64,000 bases of DNA. Origin: Polaromonas sp. GTDB lineage: Bacteria; Pseudomonadota; Gammaproteobacteria; Burkholderiales; Burkholderiaceae_C. The position numbers and the translations under genes are program-made. The DNA is taken from contig JAPLPS010000038.1 in the NCBI GenBank assembly GCA_026400075.1, positions 2,459-66,458 on the forward strand, read 5' to 3'. The notes below the pieces were generated by a model, which saw only the letters and a list, made by a program, of their open reading frames with translations, had not been told where the DNA came from and did no database searches. This document shows positions 1 through 9,438 of the stretch, piece by piece (positions within the stretch are counted from its first letter, which is position 1; every line of letters starts with the position of its first letter).

Positions 1-12
1 CAGCTTGAAATG

Positions 13-25
13 CAAGCCATTGATT
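13..25 (-). promoter_or_regulatory. IHF-like site, probably for the divergent sigma-54 rtc promoter lying left of the window
   Basis: Reverse complement AATCAATGGCTTG matches WATCAANNNNTTR; lies upstream of a sigma-54 activator gene. Confidence 0.5.
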
Positions 26-119
26 TAACTGGAAATTTTTAAAATTCTCCCGCCACCGCCTGAATTCATCCGGCACAAAACCGGTTACTTTTTATAATTC
101 CAGCTAGTAAACTAGCCCG

Positions 120-1715
120 ATGAAACGCAAAGTCATCCTCGGTTTTCTCGGCAGCCAGCTCGATTCAGGAACCAGCCCGGCGCGCTGGGACAAATGGCGG
201 CCCACGGTATCACTTGCCCAGCACGACGATTTGGAAGTAGCGCGCATCGAGCTGCTGCACGACATTCGCCACCTGAAACTGGCGCGCACGGTGCTGGCCG
301 ACATCGCCCAGCTCTCGCCCGGCACCGAGGTGCGCTTGACCGAAATGACGCTGGCCAATCCGTGGGATTTCGGCGAGGTTTATGGCGCGCTGTACGACTG
401 GCTCAAGGCGTACCCGTTCGACACCGAGCAGGAAGACTACTGGGCGCACATCACCACCGGCACGCATGTGGCGCAAATCTGCCTGTTTTTGATGGTGGAA
501 GCGCGCTTTATTCCCGGCGTGCTGCTGCAAACCGCCCCGCCGCGCCGCCAGGGCAGCCACGACCCCGGCAGCTACGAGCTGATCGACCTGGATTTGTCGC
601 GCTACGACGCGATCAACGCGCGGCTGCTCACGGCGCGCCAAGACGCGGTGTCGTTTTTAAAAAGCGGCATCGCTACGCGCAACCCCGGCTTCAACGCGCT
701 GATCGATGAAATCGAGCGCGTCGCCGTGCGCAGCACCGCGCCGATTCTGCTGACCGGCCCGACCGGCGCGGGCAAATCCATGCTGGCGCGGCGCATGTAC
801 GAGCTGAAAAAATCGCGCCACCTGGTCAGCGGCGCTTTTGTCGATGTCAACTGCGCCACGCTGCGCGGCGACGGGGCGGTGTCTGCCCTGTTCGGCCACA
901 AAAAAGGCGCGTTCACCGGCGCGGCCACCGAGCGCGCCGGGCTGCTGAAAACCGCGCACCAGGGCGTTTTATTCCTCGACGAAATCGGCGAGCTGGGCCG
1001 CGACGAGCAGGCCATGCTGCTCAAAGCCGTGGAGGAAAAACGCTTTTTGCCGCTCGGCTCAGACCTTGAGGTGCAAAGCGATTTTCAATTGATCGTCGGC
1101 ACGAACCGGGATTTACGCGGCGAAGTGGCCGCCGGGCGCTTTCGCGAAGACCTGTTTGCGCGCATCAACCTGTGGTCTTACGTGCTGCCCGGCCTGGCGC
1201 AGCGCCGCGAAGACATTGAACCCAATGTCGATCACCTGCTGGCGCTGGCCGCGCAGGCGCTGGGGCGGCAGGTGCGTTTTACCCGCGAGGCGCGGGCCGA
1301 TTATCTGGCGTTTGCCCAGTCCGGCGCGGCGCTGTGGCGCGGCAATTTCCGCGATTTAAGTGCCTCCACCACGCGGCTGGCCACGCTGGCGGAAAACGGG
1401 CGTATCAGCGTCGAACTGGTTCAGGCCGAAATCGCCCGCCTGCGCTGGCTGTGGAACAAGCCCGGCCAAGCTGGAGCTGCGAGTGGCGTTTCCTTGGATG
1501 ATTTGCTGGGCGAAACCGCCGCGCCGCTCGATGAATTCGACCGGCTGCAATTGCAAGCGGTGATTGACGTGTGCCGCCAGAGCGCCAGCTTGAGCGACGC
1601 CGGGCGCACACTGTTCAACGTCTCGCGCAGCCAGCGCGCCGTGGTCAACGATGCCGACCGGCTGCGCAAATACCTGCTGAAGTTTGGTTTGAGCTGGGAG
1701 CGGATTCGGGCTTGA
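120..1715 (+). CDS. rtcR: Sigma-54-dependent RNA repair transcriptional activator RtcR (CARF-like N-terminus, AAA+ domain)
   Basis: N-terminal RWDKWRPTVSL, NPWDFGEVYGAL and HITTGTHVAQIC; Walker A GPTGAGKS, GAFTGA loop, LFLDEIGE; C-terminal NDADRLRKYL. Confidence 0.95.
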   Translation: MKRKVILGFLGSQLDSGTSPARWDKWRPTVSLAQHDDLEVARIELLHDIRHLKLARTVLADIAQLSPGTEVRLTEMTLANPWDFGEVYGALYDWLKAYPFDTEQEDYWAHITTGTHVAQICLFLMVEARFIPGVLLQTAPPRRQGSHDPGSYELIDLDLSRYDAINARLLTARQDAVSFLKSGIATRNPGFNALIDEIERVAVRSTAPILLTGPTGAGKSMLARRMYELKKSRHLVSGAFVDVNCATLRGDGAVSALFGHKKGAFTGAATERAGLLKTAHQGVLFLDEIGELGRDEQAMLLKAVEEKRFLPLGSDLEVQSDFQLIVGTNRDLRGEVAAGRFREDLFARINLWSYVLPGLAQRREDIEPNVDHLLALAAQALGRQVRFTREARADYLAFAQSGAALWRGNFRDLSASTTRLATLAENGRISVELVQAEIARLRWLWNKPGQAGAASGVSLDDLLGETAAPLDEFDRLQLQAVIDVCRQSASLSDAGRTLFNVSRSQRAVVNDADRLRKYLLKFGLSWERIRA

Positions 1716-1729
1716 TTTACGCTTGCGCC
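1584..1729 (+). repeat. Direct repeat copy 1: 3' end of rtcR plus 14 nt after the stop
   Basis: Aligns ungapped over 146 bp with 2211-2356, about 10 mismatches counted by hand. Confidence 0.95.
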
Positions 1730-2162
1730 AAGATCAAATCTAAAACGCAAAAGCACGGCATCTGAATCCGCCACGCCAGACGAAAGCTCAAAAGTCAAAA
1801 AGATTACTTATCTCTCCATCAAGGATATCCATAAAAGTGAATTTCAGTTTCTTGACGAAAAAATTACTGACGACTTATTCATTTACTCCAGAATTGCGCT
1901 CATCAACCCGGTCAATGTAAAAATTTTCGTCCAGAGTGGTGGCGCATTGCTTTTCTACGGAACAAGCACTGATGACATTACCCTCCACGCCGGAGGAAGC
2001 GCCATAATTTATGGAACGGTTGCAGGAAATGTCATCAACAATGGCGGTGATCTTCATTTATACGGCAAGGTTATTGGCACCTTATCGAAAAATTCCGGGA
2101 ATAGCCAGATCTATGGCACGGCGCAGATTCTGCACGAGAAATCTCCGGCCATTTCCCAATAA
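1716..2162 (+). pseudogene. AT-richer open frame without a clear start; C-terminal part has four 17-18 aa G-rich xYG repeats (beta-helix/bactofilin-like)
   Basis: No stop from 1716 to TAA at 2160-2162; repeats GGALLFYGT / GGSAIIYGT / GGDLHLYGK / SGNSQIYGT; the ORF track calls only 1947-2162 from a TTG. Confidence 0.5.
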
Positions 2163-2191
2163 TTACGATCATCAGCCAATGCCTCAAGGCG

Positions 2192-2356
2192 ATGCAAATC
2201 GGCGTTTGCAGCCAGCCTGAGCGCATCCGGGCGCGCCCTGTTCAACGTCTCGCGCAGCCAGCGCGCCGTGCTCAACGACGCCGACCGGCTTCGCAAATAC
2301 CTGCTGAAGTTTGGTTTGAGCTGGGAGCGGGTTCGGGCTTGATTTACGCTTGCGCC
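2192..2356 (+). pseudogene. Direct repeat copy 2: displaced, decayed 3' fragment of rtcR
   Basis: 2211-2342 encodes ASLSASGRALFNVSRSQRAVLNDADRLRKYLLKFGLSWERVRA*; weaker, deleted similarity (IGVCSQ vs IDVCRQ) extends to about 2192. Confidence 0.9.
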
Positions 2357-4278
2357 CTCTGCGGGGAACTTGCCGCGCTGACCAGCAAAGCCACCGCGTA
2401 GCAGGCTTCGGAATACAACACAGGCGGCACGTCCTTGATCGGCACAGGCGTCGGGCGGAAGTTCTCAGCCCCCTTCCAGAAAGTCACAGACATGGAGGGG
2501 GCTTGACCGCTCATCCCGATACACAGCCTCGCCCCCACTTCAAAAAAGACCTGCAACGTGCCAAACGAACGCACCAGGCAGTAATCCCGGCTCATTTTCC
2601 AGCCTTCACGGCGCGCCAGGCTGAGCAGCGGCTGGAGCGAGAGTGTCAAGTCGGCAAAGCGTCGGCTTTCATTCACCCTCCTGTAGGGGAATTCCTCGAC
2701 TGGCGGCCTTTCCAGCTCTTGGGGCAGCGGCTGGTAGCACGCGCGAAAGGCTTGCGCCACCGGCTGGCGCAGTTGGCGCTGAGTGAGCCGCTGCTGCCAG
2801 GCCAGACGCTCTTCAGGACAAGCGGGCAGCGGGTGCCACAGGCGGATGCGTGCCCCTTCGGCGATATGCAGCGCAGCACCGTGACAGTCGGTCAAGCGCA
2901 AGCCGCCCTCGCACGGCTCGGCCATGAAGGCCAGCCCGATATCCGCATCGCTTGGCTGCGCCAGCCAGATCAGGCCTTGGGTGAAGGCTCCTGCGCCGCT
3001 GGACAGGCACAGCGTGTCCCGCCAGTGCGCCAGAGAAAAATCCAGCCCCGTCCCGTAGCGCTCCTGCAGCAAGGTGGCCAGCTTGGTCTGCTGCTTTTTG
3101 TTCGGCTCGGCGCTGGCCACCAGATCAAGCGCAACATCGAGCCGTAGTGCAAAAGCGGCTTTGGCCTGCAGGATGCGTTTTGTCAGAACTGCTTTGACAG
3201 TGGCATTGATGGCCAGCTTGGCCGCCTCCTCCAGGCTGGCAATGCCTTCTGGCGTCGGATGCTCCATGATCTCTTCGGCCAGCCTGCAGCAGACTGTCTG
3301 CGAAGGCAACGACTTGGATTTCATGTCCGGGGCATGGCTGACGAGCAGCAGCAATCGGTGGGTCAGCCCCGCCAGCCACGGCGCGTTGCCGCGCACCAAA
3401 AATCGGTAGGCAGCGGCGACCAGATCCGCATCGCCATCGGCAAACGCCTTGTAGCCCACATAGGGCAGCTCACCACGGTGGATGGCCTCGACCCGCGCGC
3501 AGGCGTCACGCAGCACGTCCTCGAACAAATTGCTGTAACGCGGATCATCGCGGTAGTCAAAATCACTCGTCGGCCCGTAATGCCTGGACAACTCCTCACG
3601 CGTGAGCGACAGCTCCAGCTCCAGCGCCATCCGTTTGTAGTGCGTCTGCGCGCATGACTGACGCAGCACCTGCATCAACTCGTCCACCTCGGGGCCGCCC
3701 CCGTCTCGCTGCAGATGACGCGCAACGCACAAAGCCACCAGCCCGTTCTTTCCCCCATCCTCCCGATACGCGATACCGCAAAAGCTCGTACTGGAAAGAG
3801 AGGGTTTTATGTCGCCCAGAATCCGGCGCAGTTGCTGCACCATGAGCGCTGGCAGCGGCAAGGTTCTGTCCTTGCGCCAGGCAAGGGCTTCCAGTACACG
3901 GTGCCAATCCCGGCCATCACCCTCGGTGCGTTCCAGATAATCGAGCACCTGCGCATCGGTCAAAAAAAACGCATACCGCATTTCATACACCTCGCGCTTG
4001 ATGTCATAAGCCGTACTGCGCGCGGAACGACTATGGCTGTCAAAGGCCGAGTCGGCGCGATCCACCGCGCCCCAAATCGCCCCCAGCTCCTCGCGTGAAA
4101 GCGATGAAATATCTGGCGGCTCCTCGTACGGGCCAAAAAAATCTTCTTTGTCATCAGGCTTGGGGACGCTCAAGCGGGCGAGAAGCTGCTGGGCAGCAGG
4201 GCGCAGGAATGTTGTCATGACACGCAATAAAGAGGTTTGAAGCAAGGAGAGGTCTGATCCGATCACAGTATCCGGCAT
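2344..4278 (-). CDS. DUF4132 domain-containing protein
   Basis: Long ORF; C-terminal IRLWHPL and QLRQPVAQAFRACY resemble DUF4132 motifs; start uncertain. Confidence 0.7.
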   Translation of the reverse strand: MPDTVIGSDLSLLQTSLLRVMTTFLRPAAQQLLARLSVPKPDDKEDFFGPYEEPPDISSLSREELGAIWGAVDRADSAFDSHSRSARSTAYDIKREVYEMRYAFFLTDAQVLDYLERTEGDGRDWHRVLEALAWRKDRTLPLPALMVQQLRRILGDIKPSLSSTSFCGIAYREDGGKNGLVALCVARHLQRDGGGPEVDELMQVLRQSCAQTHYKRMALELELSLTREELSRHYGPTSDFDYRDDPRYSNLFEDVLRDACARVEAIHRGELPYVGYKAFADGDADLVAAAYRFLVRGNAPWLAGLTHRLLLLVSHAPDMKSKSLPSQTVCCRLAEEIMEHPTPEGIASLEEAAKLAINATVKAVLTKRILQAKAAFALRLDVALDLVASAEPNKKQQTKLATLLQERYGTGLDFSLAHWRDTLCLSSGAGAFTQGLIWLAQPSDADIGLAFMAEPCEGGLRLTDCHGAALHIAEGARIRLWHPLPACPEERLAWQQRLTQRQLRQPVAQAFRACYQPLPQELERPPVEEFPYRRVNESRRFADLTLSLQPLLSLARREGWKMSRDYCLVRSFGTLQVFFEVGARLCIGMSGQAPSMSVTFWKGAENFRPTPVPIKDVPPVLYSEACYAVALLVSAASSPQRAQA

Positions 4279-4392
4279 CAAAGCGCGCCGACGGACGTTT
4301 CAAAGCGCACTGCCGCTGCACATAGCCCTGAAATTGCATGCCTTGTCTGCTATTTAAAGGCCGCCCGCCCCGCCCCCTGCTACCATCCAGCG

Positions 4393-5382
4393 ATGTTTTC
4401 TTACCGACACGCCTTCCACGCAGGCAACCATGCCGACGTTCTCAAGCACACTTGCCTGATTGCGTTGATGAAATACCTGACCCAAAAAGACACGGCCCTG
4501 ACCGTGATCGACACCCACGCCGGTGCCGGACTGTACCGCCTTGACGGCGACTACACCGAGACCAGCGGCGAAGCCAGCGAGGGCATTTTCAAGCTGCTCA
4601 CGGCGGCCAAAACCGCCCAGACGCAGCCGCCAAAGCCAGCGGCTGCAGGCAAAAAAGCCGATGCAGCCGCCCCAGCCCCCGCCGCCAGCGCCTACCCCTG
4701 GGCGCCCGCGCTACAGGATTACCTGGACGTTCTGCGCAAGCTGAACCCGCATTTCGCCCAGACCGGCGACCCGGCGCACCTGAAAATCTACCCCGGCTCA
4801 CCCTTCATCGAGCAGCAGTTCCTGAGCGGGCGCGACAAACTCAAACTGTTTGAGCTGCACCCGACCGATTTCAAATCACTGACCGGCAACATCGAGCAGC
4901 TCGGCGTCGGCCGCCAGGTGGCCGTGGCCCGCGAAGACGGCTTTGAAGGGCTGAAAACCTTTTTGCCGCCGCCCGCACGCCGCGCGATGGTGCTGTGCGA
5001 CCCGAGCTATGAAATGAAGACCGATTACCTGCGCGTCTCCGCCTGCATGGCCGATTCGGTCAAGCGCTTTGCCACCGGCACTTACGCGGTCTGGTATCCG
5101 ATCATTCCGCGCCCGGAAGCGCACGACCTGCCGCGCAAGCTGAAAACGCTGGCCGTCAAGGCCGGGCGCAGCTGGCTGCACGCGACGCTGACCGTGAAAT
5201 CAAGCAAGCTGATTACAGATAGCGAAGGCGAAGTGATTCGCCCCGGTCTGCCTGCCAGCGGCATGTTCATCATCAACCCGCCGCACACGCTCAAGGCCGA
5301 TCTGAACGCCGCGCTGCCGCAAATGGTCGCGCTGCTCGGCCAGGATCGCAACGCCGGGTTCACGCTGGAACACGGCGGCTAA
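4393..5382 (+). CDS. rlmJ: 23S rRNA m6A2030 methyltransferase RlmJ
   Basis: SYRHAFHAGNHADVLKH, DTHAGAG, YPGSP, DPSYE, WYPI motifs. Confidence 0.95.
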   Translation: MFSYRHAFHAGNHADVLKHTCLIALMKYLTQKDTALTVIDTHAGAGLYRLDGDYTETSGEASEGIFKLLTAAKTAQTQPPKPAAAGKKADAAAPAPAASAYPWAPALQDYLDVLRKLNPHFAQTGDPAHLKIYPGSPFIEQQFLSGRDKLKLFELHPTDFKSLTGNIEQLGVGRQVAVAREDGFEGLKTFLPPPARRAMVLCDPSYEMKTDYLRVSACMADSVKRFATGTYAVWYPIIPRPEAHDLPRKLKTLAVKAGRSWLHATLTVKSSKLITDSEGEVIRPGLPASGMFIINPPHTLKADLNAALPQMVALLGQDRNAGFTLEHGG

Positions 5383-5436
5383 AAGCCAAGCCAGCCGCCG
5401 GGCACCATCTATTGCGCGATGGCGCCGTCCGGCGGC

Positions 5437-6468
5437 TCAATACTTCAGCGCCGTGCTCTTGCCCCAGAACACGCGGTAGGAAAACACCGTGTAGCCGACG
5501 ATCATCGGCAGCACCACGGCCGCACCGGCCAGAATGACGCCCATCGCCTCGGGCGCGCTGGCGGCTTGCCAGATGGTGATCTGGTCCATCACCAGCCACG
5601 GAAACAGGCTGTAGGCCAGGCCGTAAAACGCCAGCAAAAACACGCCCACCGTCGCGCCGAACGGCACCCAGGCGCCGTATTCGTTGCCCTGCGCCAGCCG
5701 CGTCGGCAGGCGCTGCAGGCTGCGGTGAATCACCCAGAACAGCACAGCCGTGGCTGCCGGAATCGGCAACAGCAGCACCAGGTTCGGAAATGCAAACCAT
5801 TTTTCAAAGATGCGCGGGCTGACCAGCGGCGTGGCGATTGAAATCGCCGCCACGCCCGCCATGACAAACCACAGGCTGGTGCGCGCCCAGCGCACCGCCT
5901 GCAGCTGCAGCGCGCCTTCGGTCTTGATGATGAGCCAGCCCGCGCCGATCAGGCTGTACGCGGCCACCAGCGCCAGCCCGATCACCGCGTTGAAAACGAG
6001 GATCCAGCCGTTCGAGGCAAAGCCGGTAATCAGCGAACCGAGCATATAGCCCTGGCTCCAGCCCGCCAGCAGCGACCCGGCATAAAACAGCCGGTTCCAC
6101 AGCGGCTTGCGCGCCGCGTGTACCTTGACGCGAAAATCAAAGGCCACGCCGCGCAGCATCAGGCCGATCAGCATCAGCGCCACCGGCAGGTAGAGCGCGC
6201 CCAGAATCACGCCGTGCGCCAGCGGAAACACGGTGAGCAAAATGCCCACGCCCAGCACCAGCCAGGTTTCGTTGGCATCCCAGAACGGGCCGATGCTGGC
6301 AATCATCGTGTCTTTGTCGTCTTCGCTGGCGCGGTGCATCAGCACGCCGACGCCGAGGTCGTAGCCGTCCAGAATCACATAGGCCAGCATCGCCAGCCCC
6401 ATCACGACGAGAAACACAATCGGCATCCAGCCAGCGGCCTGGCTCAGGTCAGGGGCGAGATCAAGCAT
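5437..6468 (-). CDS. cydB: Cytochrome bd ubiquinol oxidase subunit II
   Basis: LDGYDLGVG, IGPFWDANETWLV, multiple TM helices; follows cydA. Confidence 0.93.
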   Translation of the reverse strand: MLDLAPDLSQAAGWMPIVFLVVMGLAMLAYVILDGYDLGVGVLMHRASEDDKDTMIASIGPFWDANETWLVLGVGILLTVFPLAHGVILGALYLPVALMLIGLMLRGVAFDFRVKVHAARKPLWNRLFYAGSLLAGWSQGYMLGSLITGFASNGWILVFNAVIGLALVAAYSLIGAGWLIIKTEGALQLQAVRWARTSLWFVMAGVAAISIATPLVSPRIFEKWFAFPNLVLLLPIPAATAVLFWVIHRSLQRLPTRLAQGNEYGAWVPFGATVGVFLLAFYGLAYSLFPWLVMDQITIWQAASAPEAMGVILAGAAVVLPMIVGYTVFSYRVFWGKSTALKY

Positions 6469-7864
6469 GGGCGGCACCTTCTTTTTCCGGGTAGTTCAAC
6501 ACATTGAGATCGTCTTCCAGGCCCGCGCCCGAAGACTGGCCCGCCGGTTTTTTCGACCGGGCCAGGTAAAACACCACCGAGATGTAAGCCGTCAGCAGCC
6601 CGATGTAGAGCGTCAGGTACAGCGCCAGCGTCAGCGCAATCCGGGGCGCGGGCACGCTGGAGGCCGCATCAGCCGCCGTCAGCACGCCAGTCACCAGCCA
6701 GGGCTGGCGGCCAATTTCGGTCAGGTACCAACCCGCAATCAGCGCCACCCAGCCAGCAAACGTCATCGCCACCAGCGCCCGAGCATGCCAGACGGTCAGG
6801 TCGCGGGAGACACCTTTTTTCCACGGGGCGAGCTGCAGCACGCTGGCCCAGCTGACGGCCAGCATCAGCAGCCCGACACCGACCATGATGCGAAAGGCCC
6901 AGAACACTGGCGCGACAGGCGGATGCTTGCCTTCAAACTCATTCAGACCCTTGACCTCGCCGTCGAGGCTGTGCGTCAGGTAGAGCGACGCCAGTTTCGG
7001 AATCGCGATTTCGTACTGGTTGCTGCGGGTCTTTTGATCGGGCAGCGCGAACAGCACGGCGGGCACGCCTTTCTGGGTTTCCCAGATGCCTTCCATTGCG
7101 GCCAGCTTGGCGGGCTGGTGGTGCAGCGTGTTCAGGCCATGAAAGTCGCCCGCCACGATCTGCAGCGGAATCAGGATGGCGGCCAGATAGACGCCGGTTT
7201 TCAGGCCCGCCATCGCTTCGGCGCCGCGCTCACCGCGCAGCCAGCGGTAGCTGGACACGCCCGCCACCAAAAACGCCACCGTCAGCCCCGAGGCCAGCAT
7301 CATGTGCGTGAAGCGGTAGGGAAACGACGGGTTGAAAATCACCTCGAACCAGCTCGTCACATGCGCCTGGCCATCGATCATTTCAAACCCGGCGGGCGTG
7401 TGCATCCACGAGTTCAGCGCCAGAATCCAGAAAGCCGACAGCGTGGTGCCACCCGCCACCAGCAGCGTGGCGATGGTGTGGGTTCTTTCGCTGACGCGCT
7501 TGCGGCCAAACAGCATCACGCCCAGCATCGTTGCCTCCAGAAAAAAGGCCGTCATCACTTCGTAGGCCAGCAGCGGCCCGGCGATGTTGCCGACGGTTTT
7601 CATGAAACCCGGCCAGTTGGTGCCGAACTGAAAACTCATCGTGATGCCGCTGACCACGCCCAGCGCAAAGGTCAGCGCAAAAATCTTCACCCAGAACTGG
7701 TAAGCGTCCATCCAGTGCTGCGCGCCGGTTTTGACAAAGCGCAGCTTGAAAAACAGCAGCACCCAGCCGAGCGAAATGCTGATCGTCGGAAACAGGATGT
7801 GAAAAGTCATGTTCGCGGCAAACTGCAGCCGCGCCAGCACGAAAGCGTCGAGTCCGTCCATCAT
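6461..7864 (-). CDS. cydA: Cytochrome bd ubiquinol oxidase subunit I (short Q-loop, CioA-like)
   Basis: FHILFP, FQFGTNW, QPAKLAAMEG, GWYLTEIGRQPW. Confidence 0.95.
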   Translation of the reverse strand: MMDGLDAFVLARLQFAANMTFHILFPTISISLGWVLLFFKLRFVKTGAQHWMDAYQFWVKIFALTFALGVVSGITMSFQFGTNWPGFMKTVGNIAGPLLAYEVMTAFFLEATMLGVMLFGRKRVSERTHTIATLLVAGGTTLSAFWILALNSWMHTPAGFEMIDGQAHVTSWFEVIFNPSFPYRFTHMMLASGLTVAFLVAGVSSYRWLRGERGAEAMAGLKTGVYLAAILIPLQIVAGDFHGLNTLHHQPAKLAAMEGIWETQKGVPAVLFALPDQKTRSNQYEIAIPKLASLYLTHSLDGEVKGLNEFEGKHPPVAPVFWAFRIMVGVGLLMLAVSWASVLQLAPWKKGVSRDLTVWHARALVAMTFAGWVALIAGWYLTEIGRQPWLVTGVLTAADAASSVPAPRIALTLALYLTLYIGLLTAYISVVFYLARSKKPAGQSSGAGLEDDLNVLNYPEKEGAAHA

Positions 7865-8490
7865 CAGCTCCTGGGTTCATCGGCCAGAGCGGCCGGGGTT
7901 TCTAGCGCCGGAGCAACCGCCGGGGCGCGGCTTGTGAATCCGGCTTTCACAGTGCTGGCCACCTTGTCTTTGACCGCCAGCAGCTTTTGCACCTTGGCGC
8001 CCATCTTCATCAGGCTGATGAGCGTGGCCGAGTCCATCTTTTGCACGTCCGCCAGCCAGCCGGTCATCAGCTCGATCAGGTCGTGCATCTGCTTCATGCG
8101 TTCCTGGGCGTGCTGATCGTCGGCGCTGGAAGGCTGCTCCATCAGCGCGTCGCGCAGCATCGACAGCGTCGGGTCGATCTCGCGCTTGCGCCGCTCTTCG
8201 GCCAGCGTGCGGAAAATCGCCCAGACATCTTCGGGGGCCTGAAAGTATTCGCGCCTGTCGTTGGGCAGGTGCTGCAGCCGCACCAGGTTCCACGACTGCA
8301 GCTCTTTGAGGCCCATGCTGACGTTCGAGCGCGAGAACGCCAGCGCCTCGGCGATGTCGTCGGCGTTCAGCGCGCGCGGCGAGACGTAGAGCAGCGCATA
8401 AATCTGGCCGACGGTGCGGTTGATGCCCCAGCGGCTGCCCATCTCGCCGAAGTGCAGGACAAAACGCTGGGTCAGGGGTGCGAGATTCAT
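7864..8490 (-). CDS. GbsR/MarR-family transcriptional regulator of cydAB
   Basis: FVLHFGEMGSRWGINRTVGQIYALL, SRSNVSMGLKEL; stop overlaps the cydA start. Confidence 0.88.
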   Translation of the reverse strand: MNLAPLTQRFVLHFGEMGSRWGINRTVGQIYALLYVSPRALNADDIAEALAFSRSNVSMGLKELQSWNLVRLQHLPNDRREYFQAPEDVWAIFRTLAEERRKREIDPTLSMLRDALMEQPSSADDQHAQERMKQMHDLIELMTGWLADVQKMDSATLISLMKMGAKVQKLLAVKDKVASTVKAGFTSRAPAVAPALETPAALADEPRS

Positions 8491-8507
8491 GGTTTAGCTT
8501 CTTGAAG

Positions 8508-8525
8508 TTTCAGTAATTCCTGAAA
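8508..8525. promoter_or_regulatory. Inverted repeat TTTCAG-N6-CTGAAA, candidate GbsR-type operator
   Basis: Palindrome 18-35 nt upstream of the regulator ATG in an AT-rich spacer. Confidence 0.55.
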
Positions 8526-8673
8526 TTCTAGTAAGTCATGAATAATTTTGACGCACCGGCCGCAGTCACCGGTTCAGCAGAAAGGTTAAAGCGGGCGGCG
8601 CTAAAAAGGCCGGGCGCTCAGTGGTAAGCAAGCCGCGCAGGATGGCCGCCAGCGCAGCGCTGGCGGGGAAAAA

Positions 8674-9438
8674 TCAGCGCTTCTTGCCAGCGCTGCGCTT
8701 GGGGCTGGCTTTGGCGCTATGTTTTGCGCTTGTACTGCTGCTTTTACTGCTGCTTTTGCTGCTGTTTTTCGTGCGGCTGCGGGTCTGCGGCTGGCGCGAA
8801 CCAGCAGCCTTCTGGACTGATTCGGCCACATTCAGCGACACCTGGCCCACACCGGCGCCCGTCAGGCCCAGTGCCTCGGCGGCGGCCTGGCTCAGGTCAA
8901 TCACGCGGCCGGGCGCAAATGGCCCCCGGTCGTTAATCCGCACATCGACCTCGCGCCCCAGCGCCAGGCTGCGCACGCGCACGATGGTGCCGAAAGGCAG
9001 GGTTCTGTGCGCCGCCGTCAGCGCGTACTTGTCGTAGGTCTCGCCGCTGGCGGTGGGCCGCCCGTTGAAACGCCCGCCGTACCAGGACGCATGGCCGCGC
9101 TCAAGTTCCAGCGCCGCTTCGCCGGTAAAGCGGTATTTTTCATCGACGTCCGCCTCGCCCGCAGGGGCTGGTGCAGGCTCGGCGACAGGCTCAGGCGTGC
9201 GCCTGAATTTGTCCAGCAAGCGCCTGGCCAGCGCGCTCAAGCGCGACGGCTCGCCCGGCAACACCACCTTGGCCACCGGCTCTGCGCTGATCGCCTCGGA
9301 AGGTGTCAAGGTTGACAAGGGCGGCAGCGACGGCGCAGGCGGCGCTGTCGGCGGTGCTGCACAGCCCGTCAGCAAGGCCAGCAAGCCAGCCGCCAGCGCG
9401 CGCTGCCAGCGCGCACGTCCCAAAACCTGGCCCGCCAT
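8674..9438 (-). CDS. rlpA: Septal ring lytic transglycosylase RlpA family lipoprotein
   Basis: Lipobox LLTGC; GHASWYG, TAAHRTLPFGT, INDRGPF, IDLS; ATG at 9438 overlaps the metF TGA (ATGA). Confidence 0.88.
   Translation of the reverse strand: MAGQVLGRARWQRALAAGLLALLTGCAAPPTAPPAPSLPPLSTLTPSEAISAEPVAKVVLPGEPSRLSALARRLLDKFRRTPEPVAEPAPAPAGEADVDEKYRFTGEAALELERGHASWYGGRFNGRPTASGETYDKYALTAAHRTLPFGTIVRVRSLALGREVDVRINDRGPFAPGRVIDLSQAAAEALGLTGAGVGQVSLNVAESVQKAAGSRQPQTRSRTKNSSKSSSKSSSTSAKHSAKASPKRSAGKKR

Noticed and set aside
1713-1715. Selenocysteine readthrough of the rtcR TGA
   Set aside because: RtcR ends at its normal C-terminus, the same stop is kept in the duplicate copy, and no SECIS-like hairpin is evident.
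6467-8116. Long antisense ORFs (also 11526-12902, 17738-19321, 22941-24500, 29344-31116, 36232-37923, 51980-54043, 56446-57939)
   Set aside because: Shadow frames opposite well-supported genes, expected from high-GC codon bias; no recognisable motifs.
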